A stretch of 64,000 nt of DNA from NCBI GenBank assembly GCA_030765685.1, contig JAVCCB010000013.1, positions 4,761-68,760 of the forward strand, given 5' to 3'. Positions 44,523-53,908 of the stretch are shown in pieces. Origin of the DNA: Candidatus Tantalella remota. GTDB lineage: Bacteria > Omnitrophota > Gorgyraeia > Tantalellales > Tantalellaceae. Positions within the stretch are counted from its first letter, which is position 1, and each line of letters opens with the position of its first letter. The notes below the pieces were generated by a model. That model did not search any database, had not been told where the DNA came from, and saw only the letters and a program-made list of their open reading frames with translations. The translations under genes were made by a program, and so were the position numbers.

Positions 44523-44996
44523 ATGAGAAAAGTTTTTATTATCAGTTTTATCGTGTTATTCAGTATATCTTTCGTGCTCCCTGCCGGGGCACAATCCAAG
44601 TATTCTTATATAGATATTATAAAATCGGGGCTTCTGGGAGCCGGAGCGGGTGCTCTTGGAGGTGCAGCTTCCGGAGCCAAAGGCTCGGACGTCTGGAAAG
44701 GCGCTCTCGCGGGTGCCGGGGTGAACATCATAGGAGGCGCGCTTCTTGATTCGATTACCCGGCAGAACACCAACACATATACTCAAGGCTATTCAAGCCC
44801 CCAGCCTCAGGTATATGTGCAGGCCCCACAGCCCCGATACACACAGCAGCAGGCAGTCTACGCACAACCACAGCCTGTATATGCCCAGCAACCCTCATAC
44901 GATACACCAAGATCGCAATATGAACTGGGTTTCGAGGCAGGGTACTTCAAAGGGTATAAAGAGGGCTACGCCCAGGCGTTAAGAGACGCGGAGTAG
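44523..44996 (+). CDS. Secreted glycine-zipper protein with a Gln/Pro/Tyr-rich C-terminus
   Basis: Signal peptide. GAGAGALGGAASGAKG...GALAGAGVNIIGGALL glycine zipper. Then PQPQVYVQAPQPRYTQQQAVYAQPQPVYAQQPSY. Confidence 0.55.
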   Translation: MRKVFIISFIVLFSISFVLPAGAQSKYSYIDIIKSGLLGAGAGALGGAASGAKGSDVWKGALAGAGVNIIGGALLDSITRQNTNTYTQGYSSPQPQVYVQAPQPRYTQQQAVYAQPQPVYAQQPSYDTPRSQYELGFEAGYFKGYKEGYAQALRDAE

Positions 44997-45230
44997 GTGA
45001 CAAGATGTATATAAATCCAAAAACCAAAGCCCAAAATCCAAAAGAATCTCTAAATCCAAAATCCCAAGTAGCTTTTTTTGTTTTTGTCATTTGGATTTCA
45101 TTTGTCATTTGGATTTAGTTATTTGGATTTTAATTGCGTTTTAGTTCTAACCCAATTTGTCTTTCCTTAAAATAACCGTATATTTATAGTATTAGTATTA
45201 TATCTGTTCCGAGTACAACAAGGCAGGGGA

Positions 45231-46043
45231 ATGATACGAACCGATAAAAATACGGGGATAATATACAGGCAGTGGGATCGCCCTGATCCGGAAGCTGCTT
45301 TCCTGCTCGTTCACGGTCTTGGAGCTCATGCTGGCAGGTGGAGATTTCTCGCGGATTTTTTTCTTAAGAACGGTATCTCTTCATACGCGCTGGAACTGCG
45401 AGGTTTCGGCGAAACCGAGGGTATCAAAGGCCATATAGACTATTTCGACACATATTTTGAAGATATACGGGCTCTGCGAAGCATTATCGCGCGGGAGAAT
45501 CCGGGCAAGAAGATATATCTCGTCGGTGAGAGTCTCGGGGCTCTTATCTCTTTCCTTACTGTCGCTGAAGAGGATAATATATTCAACGGTCTCATTTGCC
45601 TTGCCCCGGCATTTAAAGCCCGTCCGGCAGTTTCTGCGATAAAGTATCTTAAAATAGCCTGGTCGGTAGCATTTGATCCTAAAAAGCATTTCAAGATGCC
45701 GTTCAATTCCGCTATGTGCACACGTGACGAAGAGTACCGCAAGATAATGGATGCCGACGACCGGGAACATCGAGTGGCTACGGCAAGGTTTCTTTTTAAA
45801 ATGATCACCGCGCAGACAATAGCGTCTTTTGAAAAAGGAAAGATCGACATTCCCTCGCTTTTTCTGCTGGCCGGCAAAGACAAACTGGTCGTAAACTCCG
45901 TAACGAAGCGTATGTTCAATGGCCTTCAAGCCGAAGACAAAACAATAATCGAATACCCTGAGATGTTTCACGCTCTTTCTATAGACCTGGGAAAAGAGCA
46001 GGTATTTAAAGATATTCTTAAGTGGGTACAAGGAAAGAGCTGA
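45231..46043 (+). CDS. Alpha/beta-hydrolase (lysophospholipase/monoacylglycerol-lipase-like)
   Basis: HGLGAHAGR oxyanion region. Nucleophile elbow GESLGA (GxSxG). C-terminal His region. Confidence 0.75.
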   Translation: MIRTDKNTGIIYRQWDRPDPEAAFLLVHGLGAHAGRWRFLADFFLKNGISSYALELRGFGETEGIKGHIDYFDTYFEDIRALRSIIARENPGKKIYLVGESLGALISFLTVAEEDNIFNGLICLAPAFKARPAVSAIKYLKIAWSVAFDPKKHFKMPFNSAMCTRDEEYRKIMDADDREHRVATARFLFKMITAQTIASFEKGKIDIPSLFLLAGKDKLVVNSVTKRMFNGLQAEDKTIIEYPEMFHALSIDLGKEQVFKDILKWVQGKS

Positions 46044-46054
46044 GGAGGCACCTG

Positions 46055-47533
46055 GTGAAATACATTTTAGCTATAGATCAGGGGACAACGGGTAGCCGCG
46101 CGGTGGTATATGATAAAAAAGGCTGCAATATCGCCAGTGCTTATCAGGAGTTTCCTCAATATTTCCCCAAACCGGGATGGGTGGAACACGACCCCGAAGA
46201 GATCTGGAAAAGTGTAAACAGTTCTGTGCAGAAAGTGTTGCGCATAGTCTCGCCTTTGTCTATAGCCGCCATAGGTATTACAAATCAGCGAGAGACTACC
46301 GTAATATGGGACAGGAAGACCGGGAAACCTGTACATAACGCGATAGTCTGGCAATGCAGACGCACGGCGGCGCGATGCGACAAGTTGAAGGCAAACGGCG
46401 GCGTAAAATTTTTTGAAAAACGGACCGGATTGCCTGTTGACGCGTACTTTTCAGCCACGAAGATAGAGTGGATACTTAAGAACGTGAAAGGGGCCTTATC
46501 CCGGGCGAAAAAAGGCAGGTTATGTTTCGGGACCACCGATTCGTGGGTATTATGGAAACTTACCGGCGGAAAAACGCATGCCACCGATTACACCAACGCG
46601 TCACGCACTATGATCTTCAACATAGAAAAGCTTAAATGGGATAAGGATATCCTTAAAAAGCTGAATATCCCCGAAAGTATACTTCCGGAAGTAAAGAAGT
46701 CTTCAGGAAAATTCGGAGAAACCGTAAAAACAGGCAAACTTCCCGCGGGTATCCCGATATCGGGAATTGCCGGAGACCAGCAAGCGGCTCTTTTCGGCCA
46801 AACATGTTTCTCCCCGGGAACGATGAAAAATACTTACGGTACAGGATCGTTTATACTCCTCAATATAGGCAAAAAAAGACCCATCTCAAAGTACGGACTT
46901 ATAACGACGCTTGGTTGCGGCACGAAAGGAGAACCTGTTTATGTTCTTGAAGGAGCTATTTTTATTACCGGCGCGGCAATACAGTGGCTGCGTGACGGCC
47001 TGAAATTGTTCCCTCACGCTTCTCATTCGGAAAAATGGGCTGAATCTGTCCCCGACAACGGCGGTGTATATTTTGTCCCGGCACTTGTGGGGCTTGGTAC
47101 TCCTTATTGGGACCAGAACGCGCGAGGCAGTATTTACGGAATAACACGGGGCACGACAAAAGGCCATTTTGCCAGGGCCGCCCTGGAAGCAATGTGTTAC
47201 CAGACAAAAGACGTTCTCGAAGCTATGAAAAAAGATTCGGGTCTACGGATCATGGACCTGAAGGTGGACGGTGGCGCGGTGGCAAATAATTTTCTCTGCC
47301 AGTTCCAGGCGAATGTTCTTGGCGTCAGCGTTATCAGGCCAAAAATGATCGAAACGACGTCATGCGGAGCGGCATATCTTGCGGGACTCGCGATCGGATA
47401 TTGGAAAAATACGGGGGAGATAAAAAAGAACTGGGGCAAAGACAGGGTATTCAAACCCCGCATCTCCAGAAAAAAAGCTGAGAGACTTTATTCCGAATGG
47501 CTTGAGGCCATAGACAGGACTCTTACGAAATAA
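46055..47533 (+). CDS. glpK: Glycerol kinase
   Basis: ILAIDQGTTGSRAVVYD N-terminal ATPase motif. FGTTDSWVLWKLTGG. 490-503 aa. GTG start at 46055 with AGGAGG 5 nt upstream (the track start 46022 has no RBS). Confidence 0.9.
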   Translation: MKYILAIDQGTTGSRAVVYDKKGCNIASAYQEFPQYFPKPGWVEHDPEEIWKSVNSSVQKVLRIVSPLSIAAIGITNQRETTVIWDRKTGKPVHNAIVWQCRRTAARCDKLKANGGVKFFEKRTGLPVDAYFSATKIEWILKNVKGALSRAKKGRLCFGTTDSWVLWKLTGGKTHATDYTNASRTMIFNIEKLKWDKDILKKLNIPESILPEVKKSSGKFGETVKTGKLPAGIPISGIAGDQQAALFGQTCFSPGTMKNTYGTGSFILLNIGKKRPISKYGLITTLGCGTKGEPVYVLEGAIFITGAAIQWLRDGLKLFPHASHSEKWAESVPDNGGVYFVPALVGLGTPYWDQNARGSIYGITRGTTKGHFARAALEAMCYQTKDVLEAMKKDSGLRIMDLKVDGGAVANNFLCQFQANVLGVSVIRPKMIETTSCGAAYLAGLAIGYWKNTGEIKKNWGKDRVFKPRISRKKAERLYSEWLEAIDRTLTK

Positions 47534-47534
47534 A

Positions 47535-48977
47535 ATGATTAAATACGACGTTCTGATAATAGGAGGCGGTGTTACCGGTGCTGCTATCGCACGCGAACTC
47601 TCGCAGTATAAGCTTACCGTCGGACTTCTTGAGAAAGAAGAAGAACTGGCCTTCGGCGTATCCAAATCCAATAGCGGTATAATCCATCCAGGAACGCAGA
47701 ATCCTCCTGATTCTTTAAAAGGCAGATTATGTGTCGAAGGGAACCGGCTCGTGCGGGAAATATGCAAAGAGCTGGGCGTCCATTTCAAGGAAGTAGGCGA
47801 GCTTATCGTAGCCTTTAATGACGAAGAGACCTCGAGGCTTCTGAAACTCAAAGAAGAAGGCGAACTCCTTGGCGTTCCGGATCTTAAAATAGTCGACTCC
47901 CACTGGCTGAGAAAGAATGAGCCAAACCTCAACGATAAGGCGGTTGCCGCTCTTTACGCGCCGACGGCGGGCATAATAAGCCCTTATCGTCTTGTATATG
48001 ATCTTGCCGAGAACGCCGCTAAGAACGGCGTAGAGTTCCATATAAGCGCCAAAGCGGAAACTATCGCGTATTCACCTGACGAGGAACACCGTTTTATCGT
48101 CAACACGCCGAAAGGCGCGTTCAACGCGCGATATATTATCAATGCCGCGGGGCTTTTTGCGGATAATGTCTCCAAAATGGTCGGTGTGGACGACTTCACC
48201 ATACATCCCCGGAAAGGCGAAGAGTTCCTTCTGGACAAAAAAAGAGAGCATATAACAAAACATCTTCTTTTTCCGCTGCCGACAAAGACTTCAAAAGGTA
48301 TTTTGGTCATAAAGACTGCCGACGGGAATCCCATGATAGGCCCGACCGCTGAGGACGTGGACGATAAAGACGACCTTTCGACGTCTAATGAGGGGCTCGC
48401 CAAAGTACTTGAAGGTGTCAAAAAGATGCTTCCCACCGTCAATGAGAACGATATTATCGCTTATTTCGCGGGGCTACGGCCCGCGTCGGGACATGATTTT
48501 ATCATAAGACATGAAGATAAAGTCCCGGGGTTCGTGAATGTAGTGGGCATACAGTCGCCGGGCCTCACGTCCGCGCCGGCTATAGCGCTTATGGTTCTCG
48601 ATATCCTTAAAAATAACGGCCTCCCTCTGAAAAAGAAGTTTGTTTTTCATAAACATCGCAGAAGATCGGAGCACCTTTTCGAGGATCCGGTATCGCGGAT
48701 AAAAAACCTTATAGATATGGATGCCGCGTATGGCGATATAATATGCCGCTGCGAGATGGTATCCGAGAAAGAAGTCTCCGATGCTATAGACCGCGGTGCT
48801 ACGACTCTTGACGGGATAAAATTCAGGACTCGCGCGCAGGCCGGGCGCTGCCATGGTGGTTTCTGCACAACACGTCTTATGAAAATACTTGCAGAGAAAA
48901 CCGGCAAGCCGCTTACTTCCGTGACAAAAAGAGGTTGCGGGTCGGAAATTGTAAAAAAGGACAGGGTTGATGGTTGA
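47535..48977 (+). CDS. FAD-dependent glycerol-3-phosphate dehydrogenase, GlpA-like, with a C-terminal BFD-like [2Fe-2S] domain
   Basis: DVLIIGGGVTGAAIAREL FAD motif. C-terminal CRCEMVSEKEV...CHGGFC. Confidence 0.75.
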   Translation: MIKYDVLIIGGGVTGAAIARELSQYKLTVGLLEKEEELAFGVSKSNSGIIHPGTQNPPDSLKGRLCVEGNRLVREICKELGVHFKEVGELIVAFNDEETSRLLKLKEEGELLGVPDLKIVDSHWLRKNEPNLNDKAVAALYAPTAGIISPYRLVYDLAENAAKNGVEFHISAKAETIAYSPDEEHRFIVNTPKGAFNARYIINAAGLFADNVSKMVGVDDFTIHPRKGEEFLLDKKREHITKHLLFPLPTKTSKGILVIKTADGNPMIGPTAEDVDDKDDLSTSNEGLAKVLEGVKKMLPTVNENDIIAYFAGLRPASGHDFIIRHEDKVPGFVNVVGIQSPGLTSAPAIALMVLDILKNNGLPLKKKFVFHKHRRRSEHLFEDPVSRIKNLIDMDAAYGDIICRCEMVSEKEVSDAIDRGATTLDGIKFRTRAQAGRCHGGFCTTRLMKILAEKTGKPLTSVTKRGCGSEIVKKDRVDG

Positions 48978-49947
48978 ACGTGATCTGGTCATAGTAGGAG
49001 GAGGCCCCGCCGGGATGGCGGCTGCCGTTTCAGCGTATGAGAACGGGGTGAAAGATATACTCCTTCTCGAACGTGACCAGCATCTCGGCGGCATACTCAA
49101 CCAGTGCATACATCCAGGGTTTGGCATAGATTATTTTAACGAGATACTTACCGGCCCCGAATATGCCGACAGATTCATCAAAAAGACCGAAAGTATCCCG
49201 CAGATAGATGTTAGCCTGCAATCTTTCGCGGTACATCTTGAAAACGATAAAACTCTCACCTACATAAAACCGGGGAAGCTGGAGATAGTCAGGCCTAAAA
49301 CTATTATTATGGCTACGGGTTGCCGTGAACGTACCCGTGAGATGATACATATTCCGGGCACAAGGCCTTCGGGAGTATTTCCGGCGGGACTCGCGCAGAA
49401 ACTTATCAACATAGAAGGGCTATTGCCCGGGAAAGACGCAGTTATCGTGGGTTCCGGAGATATAGGCCTTATTATGGCCCGGAGATTCCTTCTGGAAGGC
49501 GCCAGAGTAAAAGCAGTTATCGAGATACAGAAAGAAACACGCGGACTTAAACGTAATGTCGTCCAATGCGTCGAAGATTTTGGTACACCGCTGTATTATG
49601 GCCATAAAGTGTCCGATATATACGGGAAAGACCGGGTAGAAAAGATACGCGTAGTCAAAGTTGACGAAAATTTCGCGGATGTTCCCGGATCTGAGTTTGA
49701 GATAGAATGCGATACTGTCCTTATTTCTGTAGGTCTTATACCGGAAAACGAGCTCATAGAGATGGCGGGTGTCGCTGTAGACAAGAGCACTAACTCCCCG
49801 GTATCTGAAGAGCTCAACAAAACGTCCATCCCAGGACTTTTCGTATGTGGAAATTCTTATAAAGTCTACGATATAGTCGATTCGGTATCGCGCGACAGCG
49901 TAATAGCCGGCAGGCTTGCGGCGGAGTATTTGAAAGGCCTTAAATGA
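48967..49947 (+). CDS. FAD/NAD(P)-binding oxidoreductase, partner of the GlpA-like enzyme
   Basis: LVIVGGGPAGMAAA and a second Rossmann motif IVGSGDIGLIMA. It overlaps the upstream gene by 11 bp. Confidence 0.65.
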   Translation: MMVERDLVIVGGGPAGMAAAVSAYENGVKDILLLERDQHLGGILNQCIHPGFGIDYFNEILTGPEYADRFIKKTESIPQIDVSLQSFAVHLENDKTLTYIKPGKLEIVRPKTIIMATGCRERTREMIHIPGTRPSGVFPAGLAQKLINIEGLLPGKDAVIVGSGDIGLIMARRFLLEGARVKAVIEIQKETRGLKRNVVQCVEDFGTPLYYGHKVSDIYGKDRVEKIRVVKVDENFADVPGSEFEIECDTVLISVGLIPENELIEMAGVAVDKSTNSPVSEELNKTSIPGLFVCGNSYKVYDIVDSVSRDSVIAGRLAAEYLKGLK

Positions 49948-50306
49948 AGAACCAGCTCACATGTATAGAATGTCCCGCGGGATGCGCGATATCGGTGACC
50001 ATCGAGAACGGAAAAGTCGTCAAAGTCGAAGGAAATAAATGCGCAAAGGGCGAGGCTTATGCTATAACTGAGATTGAAAATCCCGTCAGAATACTTACCT
50101 CCACGGTACTCACAAAAGATATGCCGCTTAAAATGGTCCCCGTCAAGACCTCCGCGCCGATACCTAAAGGACGGATGTTCGAAGCGATGGAAGAGGTAAA
50201 GAGGGTGCGTGTTAGCGGCCCCCTGAAGGTGGGAGAGACCATCATCCCTGATATCGCGGGAACAGGGGTGGCGCTGGTAGCGACAAGGGAACTCACAAAA
50301 AGTTAA
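49944..50306 (+). CDS. DUF1667-like small Cys-motif protein
   Basis: CIECPAGCAISV motif. 120 aa. It co-occurs with the two FAD enzymes as in known glpK-linked three-gene sets (recalled, not searched). Confidence 0.55.
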   Translation: MKNQLTCIECPAGCAISVTIENGKVVKVEGNKCAKGEAYAITEIENPVRILTSTVLTKDMPLKMVPVKTSAPIPKGRMFEAMEEVKRVRVSGPLKVGETIIPDIAGTGVALVATRELTKS

Positions 50307-50425
50307 ACTTTAAATCCAGAATTCAAAGTCCAAAATCCAAAATATCTATTTTGGATTTTTTTGTTTGGATTTCATTTGTCCTTTGGATTTTGTCATTTGT
50401 GTTTCCCCGCGCGAGATACGAGATA

Positions 50426-51586
50426 CTAACTCCTCGACCATTTCTCCAAATTCTCCAATATCTCTTTCTTAACGCTTTGAGGGATGACGAGATTTTCGTC
50501 AAGTTCAGCGTGGATCTTTGCAACTATTTCTTTTTCCTCCACATCGGGAAGGGGTTTAGGTTCTAGGGCTTCTTCGGGCCTGTTTTTATACCAGTCCACC
50601 GCGACGCGCAGTATATCTTTAATAGAACTGTCTTTCAGCTCCCATCCGGAAGCTTCGATAAAAGCGTGAGATGAAGCGAGCAGCTTGTCCGGGTCTCCGG
50701 GCCTTCTGGCAACATGTTCGGGGACTGCTTCAACGCCAAGAGCTCTTCCGACTTCTTTCACGACCGCGTCTACGGTAAATCCGCTTCCCGAACCGAGATT
50801 ATACGCCCGGTTGATAGTCTCATCGGGCATCTCAAGCGCTATTCGATGGGCCCGGGCCAGGTCAACTATGCTTATATAGTCACGCAGGCACGTCCCGTCT
50901 TCGGTATCATAGTCGTTACCGAAGACTTTCACTTTCTGGCCTTTTACGGTCCAGTCTATAGCATTAGGTATAAGATGTGACTCAGGATAATGCGATTCTC
51001 CGAGTTCTCCGTCCAGAGAAGCGCCGGCGGCATTAAAATACCGGAGGGCCACCCATTCGATACCGTACATATCCTTGTAAGAGCCAATCATGCGTTCCAT
51101 AGCCAGTTTTGTGTAACCGTAAGGATTAATGGGGTGGGTGAGGCAATCTTCTTTTATAGGAACACTGGCAGGCCTGCCATAAACAGCGCATGAAGAAGAA
51201 AAAACTATACGTTTCACCCCCGCAGCGGCCATCGAGTCGAGAAGATGAACAGTATTGATGATATTGTTATAGAAATACAGCCCCGGATGCTTAACGGATT
51301 CTCCGACTTCCGCGAAAGCGGCAAAATGTATAACGGCCTCGATATCATTGTTAGTAAATGCTTCTCTTAGGAACTCGATATCGCCAAGATCACCTTCTTC
51401 AAGAATAAACTTCCTGCCTTGTTTTTCTGCAAATGCCGCGTTGCGCTCCACTGTGAATCTGCGGCCTTTAATAAAACTGTCCAGGACCACGACATCATAG
51501 CCGTTGGCCAAGAGTTCCCGCGCCATTACACTACCTATATAGCCCGCGCCACCCGTCACAAGTATAGTCTTTTTCATGTCTGTCAT
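50426..51586 (-). CDS. galE: UDP-glucose 4-epimerase with a ~50 aa C-terminal extension
   Basis: ILVTGGAGYIGS NAD motif. The Yxxx K catalytic region is present (YGYTKLAME). Confidence 0.85.
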   Translation of the reverse strand: MTDMKKTILVTGGAGYIGSVMARELLANGYDVVVLDSFIKGRRFTVERNAAFAEKQGRKFILEEGDLGDIEFLREAFTNNDIEAVIHFAAFAEVGESVKHPGLYFYNNIINTVHLLDSMAAAGVKRIVFSSSCAVYGRPASVPIKEDCLTHPINPYGYTKLAMERMIGSYKDMYGIEWVALRYFNAAGASLDGELGESHYPESHLIPNAIDWTVKGQKVKVFGNDYDTEDGTCLRDYISIVDLARAHRIALEMPDETINRAYNLGSGSGFTVDAVVKEVGRALGVEAVPEHVARRPGDPDKLLASSHAFIEASGWELKDSSIKDILRVAVDWYKNRPEEALEPKPLPDVEEKEIVAKIHAELDENLVIPQSVKKEILENLEKWSRS

Positions 51587-51711
51587 TTAGCTCCTCAATA
51601 AAGGGTATCAGGTTATCAGGATATTTGGGACTAGGATATCTGGATATCAGGGACAAGCCGCCCCTCGTATATTTTCCCCGATCCCCTGATCTCCCGATAC
51701 CCTGAGTCAAT

Positions 51712-52872
51712 TCACCGGTCACTGGTTATTTCATGCGCCCCCTGAGAGGGGACTGAGACATATACTTCCGGCTGTATACCGGTTGATTCTTCATATCGGT
51801 CAAATATATCTTTGGTAAAGGCGTCTGCAGCGCTTTTTTCTACAAGATTTACCGTACATCCTCCGAATCCGCCGCCTGTCATGCGCGCGCCAAGACAGCC
51901 CTTAAGGCCTCGGGCGATATCCACCATACGGTCAAGTTCCGGGCAGCTTACTTCATAATCATCTCTGAGACTGTCATGTGAAGCGTTCATCAGCTGTCCA
52001 AAACGGACAAGGTCGTTCTCAGACAGGGCTTTTATCGAAGCAAGAACACGTTCGTTTTCGGAAATAACGTGATGGCAGCGTTTGAGGATCATTTCCGGCA
52101 TATCTTCCGACATTTTTTCAAGATCCGAGGAAGTCACGTCGCGGAGAGTCTTGATAGACGAAAGATCTTTTTTCAACACTTCCACGCCTTGTTCACATTC
52201 GGCACGTCTTTCATTATACGCAGACGCCCCAAGCTCGTGTTTTACCATGGTGTTACATATGACGATCTTCACTTTGTCTGAGGGCAGGGGAACCTGGCTG
52301 TATTCCAGCGACCTGCAGTCCAGAAAAAGGGCATGGCCTTTCTCTCCGCAGACTGAGATAAACTGGTCCATTATGCCGCAGTTCATCATGACAAAGGTGT
52401 TTTCGGCACGCTGTCCAAGGAGAGCCAGGTCTTTGGAGGAGATCTCTTTATTAACGGTACTCAAAAAGGCGAGGGCGGATGATATCTCTATTGCTGCCGA
52501 CGAACTCAAACCGGCACCGACGGGAACCGAACTCGATATAAGCATATCGGCTCCCGGAAGTTTCATGCCGTCCTCCTCAAGAACACAGGCTACACCCGCG
52601 ACATAATCGCTCCAGTGATCCCTTTTTTCACTGTTTTTATCTAGAGAGAAGGTTACCGGATCGGACATATCTTCTGAACGGATGGTTACGTTACGGTCCT
52701 GGCGCGAAGTTATGGCGACAACAGCGTTATACTCAAGTGCCATTGGAAAGACAAATCCGTCATTATAGTCGGTATGTTCGCCGATGAGGTTGACCCGCCC
52801 CGGCGCAGAGAAGAGGCGGGGAGAACCGTAAAAATGGCGGCTGAATTCCGCCTTTATCTCATTGATATCCAT
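51712..52872 (-). CDS. galK: Galactokinase
   Basis: Galactokinase signature APGRVNLIGEHTDYNDG. GHMP motif PVGAGLSSSAA. Confidence 0.9.
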   Translation of the reverse strand: MDINEIKAEFSRHFYGSPRLFSAPGRVNLIGEHTDYNDGFVFPMALEYNAVVAITSRQDRNVTIRSEDMSDPVTFSLDKNSEKRDHWSDYVAGVACVLEEDGMKLPGADMLISSSVPVGAGLSSSAAIEISSALAFLSTVNKEISSKDLALLGQRAENTFVMMNCGIMDQFISVCGEKGHALFLDCRSLEYSQVPLPSDKVKIVICNTMVKHELGASAYNERRAECEQGVEVLKKDLSSIKTLRDVTSSDLEKMSEDMPEMILKRCHHVISENERVLASIKALSENDLVRFGQLMNASHDSLRDDYEVSCPELDRMVDIARGLKGCLGARMTGGGFGGCTVNLVEKSAADAFTKDIFDRYEESTGIQPEVYVSVPSQGAHEITSDR

Positions 52873-52884
52873 CTCTATCCTTTT

Positions 52885-53895
52885 TTATTCATTACCGACA
52901 ACAACAAAAACACCCGAGCCTACCCAGTATTGTTTGCCGTCAGGACCCGTGACGATCTTGTCATACGATACTTTCCTGTACAGTTTCCCATCATCACTCG
53001 GATCCGTCATTTTGTATGCCGACCAGGCATACCCGTTCTTTATAAGCGTCTGTTTGCGCTGTGCGACATAATCTTTTACCGTCTTCGGGTGTTCTCCCGA
53101 TGCCGCCTTAGCTAGAGCATCACCGAAAGTGGAGCTGTAAACGGGATAAACGTAACCGGGAAACTTCGCGGGAAAATTGCTTATATTCGAACCCAGAAAA
53201 TCAGGGTGTTCTGGATCTGAAAGCATCTTTCCATCAACTGAGAAAACGTATATATACGAATCGTTAAGTCGGAAGACCGAATCTTTGTCTTCCAGTATCT
53301 GGAAAGCTTTTTCGCCGTCCTGCTTGATGATGTCGCATGCCGCGTTGACAAGGCTGACCAGAAAATGTTTTTCCTGCTCAAGATTAGTGCTGCCCGCGCC
53401 TATCGCGTAATGCTTCCCGTCGGGGGAGATCGCTATCGTGCTGGCATGGGGCGCTGTGCCAGCTTCTCCGGTGATAAAACCAAACCAAACTTTGTTTTCT
53501 TTCGCCTGGTCGTGTTTTTCCTTTGCGTCTTTTACAAAATGTCTGCCGTTGACCCTGCGCATGTCTATCGCGTCCTTGCCGACAGTCGTCACGTCAGGAT
53601 AAAGTACGAACACACCTTTTTCCTTACTGCCATCAGTAGCTTCAGCCACAAAGATCGCGGCTTCGTTGCCAAGCCATTTTTTGTTCGCATTGCGGAATTG
53701 CTGAAAAGCCTTGTCGCCATGTTTTTCGATAACGTCTTTGGCGTCCTTGACTTTCCTTTTCACTTCAATGATCTCGATACTGCGCACCCTGTCTTCGACG
53801 GGCAGGGACTGCGTGATATACTGGGCGAAGGCGGAGGAAGCCGTCATTTGAAGGCTTATCACCGCCGCGATAAAAATAAAGACTGTTTTTTTCAT
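52885..53895 (-). CDS. Periplasmic protein with two Cache-like repeats
   Basis: Signal peptide. Repeated HGDKAFQQFRN...GVFVLYPD and DGEKAFQILED...YIYVFSVDGKMLSDPEHPDFLGSN segments, which are single-Cache-like. Confidence 0.5.
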   Translation of the reverse strand: MKKTVFIFIAAVISLQMTASSAFAQYITQSLPVEDRVRSIEIIEVKRKVKDAKDVIEKHGDKAFQQFRNANKKWLGNEAAIFVAEATDGSKEKGVFVLYPDVTTVGKDAIDMRRVNGRHFVKDAKEKHDQAKENKVWFGFITGEAGTAPHASTIAISPDGKHYAIGAGSTNLEQEKHFLVSLVNAACDIIKQDGEKAFQILEDKDSVFRLNDSYIYVFSVDGKMLSDPEHPDFLGSNISNFPAKFPGYVYPVYSSTFGDALAKAASGEHPKTVKDYVAQRKQTLIKNGYAWSAYKMTDPSDDGKLYRKVSYDKIVTGPDGKQYWVGSGVFVVVGNE

Positions 53896-53908
53896 GACTA
53901 CTCCTTTT

